A stretch of 64,000 bases of DNA, from IMG/VR virus record IMGVR_UViG_3300009285_002995, positions 4,271 to 68,270 of that record. One strand, 5' to 3'. Positions 37,501 to 47,134 of the stretch are shown here, piece by piece; the stretch's first letter is position 1, and each line of letters begins with the position of its first letter. The notes under the pieces are model-generated. The model saw only the letters and a list, made by a program, of their open reading frames with translations, was not told the DNA's origin and did no database searches. The position numbers and the translations under genes are program-made. The stretch comes from a virus.

Positions 37501-39646
37501 AGGATTTATGACAGAGAACTGTTGAACCACCATAGAAGTCGTATACCCTTACCATACATTTTGTATTTTTTATCAGGTCTAATGTAATAGAAGACACATC
37601 ACTCATATAAGTATCTTCCATTGTAATATTATCGCTTAGCCCTGTCATAATGGCAAACTGCATTGGGTAGTCGCCAAGGTCTTCAACTTTTCCCTTCTTT
37701 GTCATATGGTAGGCGGTAAAGTCAATCTTTATCTCTACATTGTTACACTCTGCAACGCTGTTAAAATTTGAACAATCCCCTATCTCCTTCAATTCATCAT
37801 TTACTGATTTCTCAATACCTGCTTTTTGATACCAACGCATAGTGTCAACATATTGTGCGTCCTCAGCAGAAAATCTTTGTGTGTTACGCCCATCAAAGAA
37901 AACAAAATCTGTACCCGGAACAGTATTAATAGGTGTCTTATTAATTGTTACCTTGTCAATCCCTGCCATCTCCCCTTCGCCAAGTGCAGTAAGTTGATGT
38001 AATATCTGTTCTTCGCTTAACGGGACCTGAGGGAAGTGCCAAGTTGAATCACCAATTTTCCAATCCCCTGCAACCCAAACAAGGAAATTCATATTACTGA
38101 TATACCACTTAGCAGTAGGTATCGTCCCGCTAAGCAGCTCTGTTACCATCTCTGGTGTCCACGCAACAAGCAAAAGAAAATAACAACCCATATTATCGGC
38201 AGTTGTAGAGTAACTGTCAAATATATGTGCAAACCGCCCACCATTTAAACCAGTGGCAATCAATGGCGTCAGCGTAAATCTAGCTCTATACCCAGTTTCT
38301 TGTACTAAAGCATCCCACCAATCTTTTACCGCATTGGCAAGAGCTGCAAGGTTTGTATCATCATAATCCTCTCCGTATTGTGCATTATATTGTGTGTCGC
38401 CGGGGTCTGAGTCACCATCTAAAACCATTGTGTTTGTTGCATTGACTATAGCAGCGGAAGAGTCCACTGCCGTATCTCCTGTGGCATCTACTAAATTAAA
38501 TATTCCATCGTGTATCGCAGCAGAATCAGCAGCGGCGTTTTTAACTAAATCCCTTATCCTACCTATTAAACCACCACTATGCCCCCATTGGGCTTGTGTG
38601 TTGATTTGGTACATCGCATGACGAGAAAAGGCTTGCATAAACCTTTGTATAACATTACCGTGGTTTTTCATCCCAGTAAAATTATTAGGCGTAGTTACGC
38701 TTTCGATGATTTGATTTACGATCCACGCAACAAGACGTTTTAAATCAGCAAAACACCACAACCTAAAATATATGGCACTATAAGCCATAACGCTTTGGTC
38801 TAAATCACAGGCGAATCCACGTATAGGAGGCCATAAACCAATTATGCCCATATTTACATATGGTATTTGTCCAACAAACTGGATATCAGACGGACATAGC
38901 GGTAACGCAATAAGGTTAGGGATACCAGTGCCTTGCATATCTATGTCTTTTGCACCAGTCCACGTATAACTGAGTTGCAGTTTACTTTGTGTGGTGATGG
39001 AGACAATATTACCGCCAGTTTTATACCTTCCATATCCAACGGCTACAGGCAAACCCTCATTTGCCATCTGTTTTACAGACCAACCATATGTAGGAGATGC
39101 ATCACCAAGTCCACCACTATCACTACCCATATTTGGTTTATTAGCACTGAAAAGTTTTGAGGCCATAGTAAGTGCAGCCATTGGAGCAAGTGTACCTATA
39201 GCAGCACCAACATACGAAGCAGCCATTATAGCACTGCTCATACCAGCGGATATCCCTACTGTACCACCTACAGTAGCCACAGCAGCGCCAGCAGCCGCAC
39301 CAGTAGCCGCAGCACCAGCCCCTACCCCTACAGGAGCAATTATACCAGCAGCAGCACCAGCAGCACTAGCAGCAGCCTGTATCACAGCCATAATAGCTAC
39401 AGGTACATTAATATTAGGATATATTAAAACGGTGTCGTTGTTCTTTAATAATGTAGTTTCAATTTTATCAAGTTCAATGAGTTCTTTGTTCAATCTAATC
39501 GAGTGGCGGTTGTATAATAAATAATGGGCTAACTCAGGCTGAACCATTAAGAACTTTGTTATAATGTCTGGTATTGTGTCAACACTAGCAGTAAAATTTA
39601 CTTTATCACCGGTCAACGGATTCGTGATGATTATCAAGTGAGCCAT
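31505..39646 (-). CDS. tail tip/host-specificity protein (lambda gpI+gpJ-like) with FN3 and LamG-like domains
   Basis: 2713 aa; N-terminal ubiquitin-like domain then Ala/Gly stretch; SPTYGW, GLPVAVGYG, LGEGEMAGI, YPNTA, VKGRKV, SDNPIWCLYD; FN3 (PGVPTNL..WDAP); LamG-like (GRVDDIQIFNYVL). Confidence 0.85.
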   Translation of the reverse strand: MAHLIIITNPLTGDKVNFTASVDTIPDIITKFLMVQPELAHYLLYNRHSIRLNKELIELDKIETTLLKNNDTVLIYPNINVPVAIMAVIQAAASAAGAAAGIIAPVGVGAGAAATGAAAGAAVATVGGTVGISAGMSSAIMAASYVGAAIGTLAPMAALTMASKLFSANKPNMGSDSGGLGDASPTYGWSVKQMANEGLPVAVGYGRYKTGGNIVSITTQSKLQLSYTWTGAKDIDMQGTGIPNLIALPLCPSDIQFVGQIPYVNMGIIGLWPPIRGFACDLDQSVMAYSAIYFRLWCFADLKRLVAWIVNQIIESVTTPNNFTGMKNHGNVIQRFMQAFSRHAMYQINTQAQWGHSGGLIGRIRDLVKNAAADSAAIHDGIFNLVDATGDTAVDSSAAIVNATNTMVLDGDSDPGDTQYNAQYGEDYDDTNLAALANAVKDWWDALVQETGYRARFTLTPLIATGLNGGRFAHIFDSYSTTADNMGCYFLLLVAWTPEMVTELLSGTIPTAKWYISNMNFLVWVAGDWKIGDSTWHFPQVPLSEEQILHQLTALGEGEMAGIDKVTINKTPINTVPGTDFVFFDGRNTQRFSAEDAQYVDTMRWYQKAGIEKSVNDELKEIGDCSNFNSVAECNNVEIKIDFTAYHMTKKGKVEDLGDYPMQFAIMTGLSDNITMEDTYMSDVSSITLDLIKNTKCMVRVYDFYGGSTVLCHKSYYAFELLGWITKVIEWILFYFGNGFEAENAAEMANSLSISFDAARYEAESEYRFNMRKVLADAGNYFTIETALKDYNIGDRFSKISGMYQFCNMVGIDFDEEMYAAEAETEYRDSVTNLIRDAMNNLFINTGKKLAVKVVRLTSIDDDRHPTYTDNMIVKGYTEVSYVEYDYPNTAMGALAIRATNEFNSSPPEVMYNVKGRKVRAPKLTLTVGGTRVYREFAWWDEDAYVSAGVYGAYRSMKDGGALCTEDLTDWVYEFSDNPIWCLYDFLINRRFGVGNYINQADTDIAQFLEMAHYCDQMVPDGVNRTASTITETEINGQDSDLFKKERSRYSSDASYRQIGSTDDWDTEYGSDAYNYIKKLIGEAVFARKTDGGWTKAVISDCDRVTFPLGVLRNAKFTIGASYPNGVYWSNDVPILGSSKSYQLGQKRFRLDINIDQRSSAPDIIKTICDTFRCAPVWMNGTVFPIIDKWEYPVAVVGMGNIIQDSFSLVYTPLSKTPNVLECQFSNEELDFDKDTRVKIAANVDLAYSSDITKTIRRESSKLIGITRPSQLERELTYRLNTYQERIKVITFSMGIEHLTFHAGQVIAFTHDILTLGSYSGRIISFDGDSTIYIDQPLVKSGGETWKIQITQVVQDEINAEEYYEVVGEFSVSSVTENAIVVTGLDGFVPSNFDNYAIGRVDYITENYKILSVQPNGAGEAEIGAVNWGVDTTDVNGIKTNSVFGTLRQVAPLDTSRTAQYVTYDDCLVDTRSDVITNVLTGWIGPNPVVLSPLEELAGEVGIKVTFALPTGAIANGYSHAIVSLSLDGSNYVQVCEVKYPGTMARVTKAMGATLGIDNYIQVCAVYTSGAVSAPDEEHIRVTGVSSSAGFEPPVPTNLRLSEWCKRYPLQFGNDQARELGNNFIEVVWDRVNARNIFGKNSWLIDPQERFVKEYEIALYRTSLEGAYTDNIPSGTYLPGQEDEGWTILPSGHGLHYVSSVQNRFKIQLDEVADVTAVSGEQYQTINYPFYKVEVRALTDDMFASDPATLFCSYPGPDKVILPWDFRLYNMYFLRWHYPKWWKSVDHYNVHLDFKSPNDAYSGALDISTDGNIPMLFTKLDPDEITLNSGALTWTEYREQGLWLTNGRMQIKPTITTVDKFGREYDYTDFGYTDAEGDDDVEIPGVPTNLQVLTTGVNPIRFTRLGWAKLQWDAPTVDANGAALASGQLLWYNLQHCDADDYASDPNAVWHGHPVSGKLNEGTESQPIGTIRGLPAGSEQVFRVHAHTIAGAGEWGNIASGTIVDTAAPDNDTNVIIATDTDYIGTEGGKYGRHAFQTIGFEQEHIDDQNIAKIHIALKRKNRLISQHIIQDVEALETIAGSSLYASSGELCLASWSCKEGEGATQIVDDISGILQLTAVNDASVVSGEVGGWGNCLDFHTSPDSTINAFSSGDDVPALDFAYPPFSISFRYKDIFTSGLRYGTFVAKESGGHGYNIFMANSILFATMDGSISTLRFRCAFPRTLTWKRVVVNVVELRQDSTENEIWVEDDVGGVSKQEITYDMYDVENYGSLSNAGPILLGHISGNAQVGFGRVDDIQIFNYVLRPQDVQQLVDAPFPGNPDITKLYYLMKLDNLLQEKDYTIKMKYIGYNGKKSDWTSEYEFTTLFDLVLDMTKVTAFSAEVFAMTKRWFKQNQHNIHLQWTLPETCEGIAYNYEIKIAREITVPGVGAERWFTHVVFFNNASIPDLDETYGTPITEETTIPLVFRPSNEAIGDDSGFRVNVRALFQGKAGTPLQGEDSWDDTDPGATWNHFPAGAASGAIYNVEPPNESFPAITPTATQLLGIGRFFQVDIVNDSYDYPDNFSHWTVHALKSDIPLFNASDPTQYAADRRRSCIGYSWRENANTDDHPVNVHVPFLVYDGTHVVGRICAPDAIYFKVVGYSWQAVSGVGGTIYRPRAGICSDAFQHTGDIEPEALYMGNFRLVASGTSISFEKTTDDGANWIPWWGIPPP

Positions 39647-39648
39647 AA

Positions 39649-40068
39649 TTATATTTTCCTTTTTACTGCGTAATAGCCCTCAGTCCTATTCATAATCAAC
39701 GGGCTGTATAAATTCCCTCTCATAACGCCACCACGTAATGATTGAATTATTATATTTGGTTCCTCTACTAATATAGCAACATGGTTTGGTATCTTAATGT
39801 TAATATCGCTACAAATAAGTAAAACATCATGCCGTCTTGGTTTTTCAATCCTGTAAGCATAACCGCTATAATTGTTGGTGAAATAGTCTTCACCTTTTTT
39901 GCTCCAGTTCTCTTCATACCACCAATCTGGTAATTCTATCCCCAGCATCTCTTTCATATACAGTATAAGCAACCCATAACAATCTAGCCCGTCCCATCCT
40001 CTACCAAGATGCTTATAAGGGATCCCCAAAAAACGCTGCCAGCCACAAAGAGGATTTGGTGATTTCAT
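39649..40068 (-). CDS. NlpC/P60 tail tip protein (lambda gpK-like)
   Basis: LGIPYKHLGR..GLDCYGL...NHVAI. Confidence 0.85.
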   Translation of the reverse strand: MKSPNPLCGWQRFLGIPYKHLGRGWDGLDCYGLLILYMKEMLGIELPDWWYEENWSKKGEDYFTNNYSGYAYRIEKPRRHDVLLICSDINIKIPNHVAILVEEPNIIIQSLRGGVMRGNLYSPLIMNRTEGYYAVKRKI

Positions 40069-40070
40069 AT

Positions 40071-41051
40071 TTATGTCGTCGGTGGTATAGTCGGAAACCC
40101 ACCGAACCTCAATGTGTTATCGTGTGCCAAACAACCATTTGGCCCTCTTAATGTATGGTCACAGCTAGTCTCTGACGCTAATGGAAATAGCTCAGCATTT
40201 ACACCGCTGCCAAGATAATAAGCAAAATCATACCCACACTCAGGACTCTTATAAGTAAAGCCACAAAAGTCTCTATAATACATCCTTAACGGTACTTGTA
40301 CGTCTAAGATATTGAACTTACTCTCTAATTTTATATTTACCTCTGTTGGAGTTATAGTTATCGCATCTATATACATTATGTCTTTTATGCAACACGATTT
40401 AAGTGTCAATAACTCATTAAAAACTTTTAAATGATAAACCCTATTGCCCCGTAGCCCGTTTGCTTGCTGCACAGCATTGCCAAGAACTTTATTAATATTT
40501 GATACATTAACATTCATGTCCATTATTTCAAAACTGATATTTGTCCCAATAGGCTCAACCTGCATAGGAAAAGGTTAATAACTAATCTCTTGATTAAAAT
40601 TAGTTGATACGTCAGGTACAAAGAAATTAACCTTTTCATTGCGCACAGCTAAAAATAAATATTTCGAAATTCTTACTCTGTCAGGATTATCTCCTTCACA
40701 AACAAAATTATATGGGGTTTGACCGGAGAAAACAATAGCGCCACTGCTATATTCAGTAATTAACCTGTTTACTCCAGCGTTTTGCCCCTCGTCACACCCA
40801 AGCACCCAAGCTGCACCAGAACCCAATTCGCTAATACAACTCCCTATATCTGTATTTAACACAATGTCGTTATCAGCTTCCCAATCTGTCAATGCTTGTG
40901 TTGTAATAGGGTCAAGGCTAACGCTCTGTCCTGTAGTCCCGGCCCTGCAATAACTAGTAAAACATGGCGTTACCTCTACAGCTATAAGATCTATAGGGGT
41001 ATTTGTTTGGCTTTTAATTACATCGATAAAATCGCTTGGTAATTTTCTCAT
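40071..41051 (-). CDS. lambda gpL-like minor tail protein, interrupted by an in-frame TAA at 40575-40577
   Basis: ORFs 40575..41051 and 40071..40565 share a frame (ISY*PFPMQVEPI); C-terminal four-Cys motif FCGFTYKSPECGY...SCDHT...GC...FGGFP. Confidence 0.75.
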
Positions 41052-41671
41052 TAAGAACCACCAATGTCTTCAATAAATGTAATCTCTTTGTCCCATGCAA
41101 AAGGGGTATTCCAAGAGCGTTCCAGTTCATCACTTTCAAAATAAACCTTATATGCTTTCATCACTAGTGCGGTTGTACCGTATGTGCCAGTAAGTGCAGT
41201 ATCCACAGTAATACTATTTGTGCCCAATGCAGTAATCCTACGTACCTCTGCATTACCACCCCACTTATCACAAACACAAACATAGTTTCCCTGTGCCCCA
41301 AGAGTGGTAGAGAAACCCAGCTTGGTCATATCGCCAGAGACACCCTCTGTAGTTGTTGTAACAGTTATAATCCTGTTAGTACCATCTCTTTCTACGTACC
41401 TGCATTCATACTCCCAGCTTGGCAAATAAAAGTTATCATAACTACCTTTGCGTGCTTTAAAAAAGGCAATAATACTATCCTGTAACCGCAGCATTGCAGT
41501 GGAAGAGATGAGTGCCATTTGGTATGTAAATTTCCACGTACCTATCTCACGCCCAAACCTGTTCCTTCTCTGTGTCATCCCATTTTCAAATTGGCTAATC
41601 AGTGTATTATATTTAGTAGAGTTAGAACTAGATGCTAAGTTTGGTTGCCAGCGAAATACCTCAGAACTCAT
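41051..41671 (-). CDS. distal tail protein (gpM/DUF2460-like)
   Basis: Follows the tape measure; QRRNR...AFFKARKGSYDNFY..W. Confidence 0.75.
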   Translation of the reverse strand: MSSEVFRWQPNLASSSNSTKYNTLISQFENGMTQRRNRFGREIGTWKFTYQMALISSTAMLRLQDSIIAFFKARKGSYDNFYLPSWEYECRYVERDGTNRIITVTTTTEGVSGDMTKLGFSTTLGAQGNYVCVCDKWGGNAEVRRITALGTNSITVDTALTGTYGTTALVMKAYKVYFESDELERSWNTPFAWDKEITFIEDIGGS

Positions 41672-41674
41672 AAT

Positions 41675-44600
41675 TTAACCTTTCTTTATTGCTCTTCTTA
41701 GCGGTGCATTATGACTCAATTTGCTCAACACCCCCTGTGCTATCATCTCCTGCGCAGAGCGAGTGGAAAGTAGTTGTGCAAAACTTTTTGCATCTGTTGC
41801 GCTTATCATAAAATAATTGGATGTTGGCTGGGCTTGTCGTGTTCCAACACCTTGAATACTGTCGGCTTTATCGCCAAATAATCCACTAACAACACTCTTA
41901 TCCCCTTTGTTAATTTTATTTAAAAGGGCATCCCCAACTATTTTAGTGCCACTCTTTTTAACTATAAATTCATCCTCATTAAAGCGCCCAAGGATATTGT
42001 CTTTCCTTCCACCAAGGCCACCAAGTATCCTCCCGCCCCCTGCGTACCCACGCACTTTGCCGCCTTCAGAGAACCACCCAGCTATACTTGAGAAAGCACT
42101 TGTAATACCACCAAAAGACCCCGTTGCACTTAACATCATGTCCTGCATCAACTTAATCATACGTGGCATGTCCATAACCATCTTCGCCACCATATTAGAC
42201 TCTGATTGCATGTCCTGCATAAGCATCATACTGTTACCAACAGATGCCGAGACCTCGTTTGCTGCCTGTTTTGCCTTGTCTATATCGCTAGGTACTGTTG
42301 TAGTCCTGTTCCAAAGCACGTCTTTCTCTTTTGTACCAACAGGCTCTACAATAGATGTAGTAGCTGGTATAGAGGTAGTAGAAGTTGATGGAACCGTAGT
42401 GCTAACAGACGGTATAGTAGTTGGCACTGTAGATGGCATTTGTGTCATTGTTATTGGGCCGGTAGCAAGAATTGGTATGGAGGTGCTAGTAGTTGTAGGC
42501 ATACCAGTAGCTTGTTCCACCACCCCACCCTCTTTACCAATGCTCGTTGTGGTAGTTTCAAAGGAACGGGAAGCACCACTGGGTCTTTTAGGCTGCTCAC
42601 CAGTTGTCTGTGTTGTTGTGGTCGTAGTCGTAGTCGGCGCTTCGCCAGCCTTCTTCTCTACCTTTGAAACTGCCGGTACTTCGGCCTTTCTTGAACCTGC
42701 CGCAATCTGCCTGTCAAGTTCAATTGTATTATTCGTAACAGCGGTTGTTAACTCTGCCAATGCAGCAGTGTTAACTTTTAATGTTTCTGAGTTTATCTCA
42801 ATTTCAGGTATCTTTAAAGATTCTTTAAGTTTTGCAATTGACTCTTCACTTATCGGGACTGCGTTTGCGTTCTTTTGAACCTGTTCCAAATCAGATGTTT
42901 TTCTTCTCTTTAACGGGCTCTCGAGGCCAAGAGTATTCTCAAGGAAACGCTTACCACGGTCTGTCATCCCTATAGTACCAAAAAGAGCATTCAACACAAG
43001 AGTGCGGGCTATAACACGCATTATCTCGCTGCGTATACTATTCCCCATCTCTAAAAACGCATCCTTTACCGTCTTTGTGGTATTAGTAATGTCACCAAGT
43101 TTATTGCTTACTGTGTCTATTACGCTTGAACCCAACCCTTTCCAAGTTTTTGCCCAGTAATCAGCAGTATCACCAACATCTCGTGCAACATTGCCCAATT
43201 GCCCTTTAAGGTCAACTATCTTTTCTTTTAATTTACCAACCTCTGTAGCGTTAATGCGAAGCCTTTCAGCGTTGTCAATGTAAAACTGTGCGACAGTTAT
43301 TTGCAGCGCAATATACTCTGCTTTGAGATCAGCAACAGCTAATTTCTGATCTATTATCTGACTCTTGCTATATTTCCCACTATTAAGTTCCATATCGGCA
43401 AGAACCAGCTTCTCTTTTATATAAGCATCATATGCAGCATGTACCTGTTTATTTCCTTCAATGTCTGCCTCGACAATCTCTGCCCTTATTTTGCTTTGAC
43501 GCTCCAAAGAAGTGCTAACATTATTAACAGCGGTGGTGACATCATCATAATCTTGTTTGCTTATTAAAGCACCCTTCTTTACATTGTCATTATATTTTTG
43601 AATGATAATAGAGTGGCGCTGGATTTTCTCATTAAGGTTATTGTATTCATTTTGTAATTCAGTAACCCTATCTGTTTCCCCTTTGCGTGCAGTAGAAAGA
43701 CGGGATTGTGCGTCAGAGAGGTCGATCTGTGCTTCTGTAAGACTTCTTGTCCATTTAACACCAGTCTCTTGCAACTTTGCCAGCTCTTTTGTGTGCCTTT
43801 TACTCTCTTGTTCTATTTTAACCCTCTTGCTGTCTTGTATATCTGCCGCCTGTGCTGGTGTTTTACCGGCAATCTGCTCTTGTGTCTCTGCCTCGATTGC
43901 AGCCATTTTGTTCTTGTGACGCATGTTCTCTAAATTCATTGCGTCTTTAAGTCGGTATATCTCTTTTGCTGTCAGTGCTTCCCACTTCGCCTCAATACGC
44001 AGCAGTGCTATCTCAGCATCATTTGCAGCAACTAAATCCGGCCTTGCAGTAACAGGTTTTGCTTCTTCTTGTTTTTTATCCTGTTCTTTTATTGCATATA
44101 TTTTTCTTAATACTTCAGTTAGAAGACTCGATAATACTTGCATTTTTTCAGGGTTTAAATATCCCTCTTGTTCCATAAGAGAGTCATTAATCCACTGATT
44201 CATTTTAAGGCGCATCTCATCTTGTGAGACTACTTGCTTGAGTTTTTCTGCCTGATCTTTATAAAATATAACTTGGGCCTCGAGTGGCTTTAAAATTTCT
44301 TTTGCTTCATCAGAAATTTTAAACTGGTTTTTACTGATTTCTTTAAGGATAGACTGCTCGTCTTTATTTAATATTTTCTTTCTCATCCATATAGAAAGCT
44401 GAGTGGACCAATTATCTAATGCAAGTTTCTTCTCTTGCTTAAATAATGTTCTTTGAAGTTCGAGTGCCTTCTGTTGTTCTTGAACATATTTACCTACATC
44501 CAACACGCCTAACTGTTTTTTTCTTAAACTTTCCCACAATTTATCAATTTCACCAATTAAACTATCAGTTTGTTTTGTTAACCCCTCAAAATCTTTTGCT

Positions 44601-46357
44601 GTTATCACAGCATTGCTACCGGCATCTTCAAGCTGTTTATTTACTTCCTCAATAGAATCAGCAAATTTTTTATATTCAAAATTACGCTCATCATCTTGTG
44701 CCAGAGCAGCAAGCTGCATTTTAAGAGCGCCAACAGCGTCACTGGTTCTTATTATAACCCCCTCTTGCTCTGCCAGCACTTGCATGGATTCTGCCGCACT
44801 CTTTGCAAACCAATTCATTGTCGCAATAGTATATGTAAAATATCCTCCAAGGGCAATAAGAGCAGCACTTATTGCCCCAACAGGAGTTAACAACCAAGCG
44901 AGAGCAGAACCAATAGAACCAATTGCACCCAAAAATGAACCAGATTTTGAAACAATATTAAGAAGAATAAAAGACGCAGTTACTTTTGTTATCCCAGCAG
45001 CAAGCAATGGTAATATTTTTACGGCAACTAATACAGATATAATAAGTGGAGATAAAGAAGTGGTTACAGCAACAGCGGCTTTCCCTATCTGTAGAACGGT
45101 ATTAGACCAAGAGTCTGCAAGTTTTATCAAACTGACTTGTGCAGAATTGAATATTAATTGAAGTTTAACAAGACCCGGTTCAACACTACGGGCAAACATT
45201 ACACCCAATGCAGTGCTATACTTTAACCGCTGTTCCATTAAAGTAAAAGCCTGCGAGGTTTGATTGATAGCAGTAATAAGGGAGCGGGCTGCACGCTGGT
45301 CTAGACCGCCAAAAACAGTTTCTAGCCCAACCCCACTTTTTGCCAAAGTTTGTAATATTTCATTAAGCGGTTTTAGTTTACCGCTTTTTTCCTTTAAGTC
45401 CTCAACTTTTAACCCAATCCTATCAAGCTCAATGCCAAGTTTCCCACCACCCTTGATTATTGCTGTAAACATTGTAGACAAACCAGTACCAATTGTGCTC
45501 ATCCTGATACCGGCGTTTGCCATGACAGCAATCATGGCAGCGGTTTGTTCCATTGTATACCCTGCCTGTGCAGCAGTAGGAGCGAGGTAGCTAAAAGCAA
45601 CGCTCAGACCCCCAATAGTTGTCTTGCTATAGTTTGCAGCACCAGCCATGACATTTGTAATGCGTGCTACATTCTCCGCTTCAATACCCCAAACACGCAT
45701 GGCGGTAGTTACAAGGTTTGAGGATTCATCAAAGGTAGAACCTGATGCACGGGCGAGTCTGGAGATTTCCATCATGGATTCCCCAACCTCTTTTGCGTTT
45801 AAACCAGCCTGTGCCAAGACACGCATACCTTTAGCCACCTCTGCCAAATTCATGCCTGTCTCTTTGCTGACCTTATATGCAACGTCTTTCAGATGGTCTA
45901 GTTCGTCTGCCGTTGCCATAACAACGCCAGCCGTTTGCCCCATCTCAACACTGAATGCGTGTGCTGCCTCAATGCCTCTTTGAAAGAAACCAAATATAGC
46001 CCACATCCCACGCCACACGAGGAAGAACTCGCCAATGCGCATTAGGAAACTATCAAAACTGCTTTTTGTTTTTTTGGTTTCCTCACCAAGACGTTTCATA
46101 GCACCAACACCTTTTAGGTCGATGCCTTTTAAACCCTCAGCAAGTTTTAGGATAGAAGCTGCAAGCGCATTGATTTGCGTTGCTGCGAGCTGAACATTTT
46201 TAGAGGAGTTGCTCCCGATTTGATTAAGATTGGCATTGGTAGTACCTGCTGCTTTGCCAACATTTTCAATCTTTGTAATAAATTCGTCGATGCTTTTCTT
46301 TAAAGCATCGTCGACTTTGCCTTTAAATATTACGCCAAGCTCGAGATCTGTTGCCAT
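41675..46357 (-). CDS. tape measure protein
   Basis: 1560 aa; TP901-type core (LAQAGL, FSYLAPTAAQAG, MANAGI..STIGTGL), coiled coils, C-terminal GYAGGG...EFIVK. Confidence 0.92.
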   Translation of the reverse strand: MATDLELGVIFKGKVDDALKKSIDEFITKIENVGKAAGTTNANLNQIGSNSSKNVQLAATQINALAASILKLAEGLKGIDLKGVGAMKRLGEETKKTKSSFDSFLMRIGEFFLVWRGMWAIFGFFQRGIEAAHAFSVEMGQTAGVVMATADELDHLKDVAYKVSKETGMNLAEVAKGMRVLAQAGLNAKEVGESMMEISRLARASGSTFDESSNLVTTAMRVWGIEAENVARITNVMAGAANYSKTTIGGLSVAFSYLAPTAAQAGYTMEQTAAMIAVMANAGIRMSTIGTGLSTMFTAIIKGGGKLGIELDRIGLKVEDLKEKSGKLKPLNEILQTLAKSGVGLETVFGGLDQRAARSLITAINQTSQAFTLMEQRLKYSTALGVMFARSVEPGLVKLQLIFNSAQVSLIKLADSWSNTVLQIGKAAVAVTTSLSPLIISVLVAVKILPLLAAGITKVTASFILLNIVSKSGSFLGAIGSIGSALAWLLTPVGAISAALIALGGYFTYTIATMNWFAKSAAESMQVLAEQEGVIIRTSDAVGALKMQLAALAQDDERNFEYKKFADSIEEVNKQLEDAGSNAVITAKDFEGLTKQTDSLIGEIDKLWESLRKKQLGVLDVGKYVQEQQKALELQRTLFKQEKKLALDNWSTQLSIWMRKKILNKDEQSILKEISKNQFKISDEAKEILKPLEAQVIFYKDQAEKLKQVVSQDEMRLKMNQWINDSLMEQEGYLNPEKMQVLSSLLTEVLRKIYAIKEQDKKQEEAKPVTARPDLVAANDAEIALLRIEAKWEALTAKEIYRLKDAMNLENMRHKNKMAAIEAETQEQIAGKTPAQAADIQDSKRVKIEQESKRHTKELAKLQETGVKWTRSLTEAQIDLSDAQSRLSTARKGETDRVTELQNEYNNLNEKIQRHSIIIQKYNDNVKKGALISKQDYDDVTTAVNNVSTSLERQSKIRAEIVEADIEGNKQVHAAYDAYIKEKLVLADMELNSGKYSKSQIIDQKLAVADLKAEYIALQITVAQFYIDNAERLRINATEVGKLKEKIVDLKGQLGNVARDVGDTADYWAKTWKGLGSSVIDTVSNKLGDITNTTKTVKDAFLEMGNSIRSEIMRVIARTLVLNALFGTIGMTDRGKRFLENTLGLESPLKRRKTSDLEQVQKNANAVPISEESIAKLKESLKIPEIEINSETLKVNTAALAELTTAVTNNTIELDRQIAAGSRKAEVPAVSKVEKKAGEAPTTTTTTTTQTTGEQPKRPSGASRSFETTTTSIGKEGGVVEQATGMPTTTSTSIPILATGPITMTQMPSTVPTTIPSVSTTVPSTSTTSIPATTSIVEPVGTKEKDVLWNRTTTVPSDIDKAKQAANEVSASVGNSMMLMQDMQSESNMVAKMVMDMPRMIKLMQDMMLSATGSFGGITSAFSSIAGWFSEGGKVRGYAGGGRILGGLGGRKDNILGRFNEDEFIVKKSGTKIVGDALLNKINKGDKSVVSGLFGDKADSIQGVGTRQAQPTSNYFMISATDAKSFAQLLSTRSAQEMIAQGVLSKLSHNAPLRRAIKKG

Positions 46358-47106
46358 TTATGATACCCCGCTGGACCATAGCTTTGTGACCTGCGCCATG
46401 TGTTCTTGCATCATGTTTTTAGTTAGGTCCTCACGTTGTGCTGGGGTGAGTTTGGCGTACTCATCTGCGGGCTTAAACTGTTTGTCAGTATACTTTGTTT
46501 TCTTCTTTTTGCTTTTCTTATCACTTGGCCTTTCACCAAAATCAACGCCAAGCGCCCGAAGGATAAGTTCGTAACCCTTAAAGAAACGTTCCTCTGATTG
46601 GAGAAACATTAACTCTATTTGCCCAAATGTTAATCCTCCCTGTCTAAAGCTGGAGAAGATAGTTTTTAAGGGGATGTTATATCGCTCTGAGACTGCGGTA
46701 ACGATGTAGTCAAGCGAAACGCCTTCTGCATCTTCTCCAGAAGGTTCTTTCCCTTCTTCTCCAAAGGGTCTTCAAAATTTACCTCCCAGATGACACCAGC
46801 AATATCCATTAGCTGGTCGTTGGTTGTGTCTTCAAGGAGTTGTTTGATTGGTTCTGTATCTGTGTCTACAACCTTCCCCAATATCGTCTCAATATTATTA
46901 ATGATTAACTCTTTAGCATCATTAACAATATCGACGTTCTGCTTGTTAGGCCATGCGGTAACAACGGTGGTAATAGCCTGCACAAGCATTGAGGCTACTG
47001 TGGCTTGGTCTGTAAACGAGAGGGGGTAAATTGAGATTTGTCTCAATTTTCTTTTACCTACTTCAACTATTCTTGTCGTGGGATTAAGCTTTTCGATATT
47101 TTCCAT
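46358..47106 (-). CDS. tail assembly chaperones gpG (46666..47106) and gpGT (via -1 frameshift, ending at 46358)
   Basis: RBS AAGGAGG before MENIEK at 47106; the -1 frame from the slippery site is open and joins ORF 46358..46609. Confidence 0.8.
46747..46753 (-). promoter_or_regulatory. programmed -1 ribosomal frameshift slippery site G GGA AAG
   Basis: Same heptamer as the lambda G/T site, in X XXY YYZ register (Gly-Lys). Confidence 0.85.
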
Positions 47107-47134
47107 CTTCTTGTCCTCCTTGTGGCTTGCAGTC

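Noticed and set aside
41907-42878. 323-aa + strand ORF, plus other antisense ORFs such as 38991..39524 and 44613..45161
   Set aside because: These are shadows of low-complexity Thr- or Ala-rich coding on the - strand, with no RBS or motifs.
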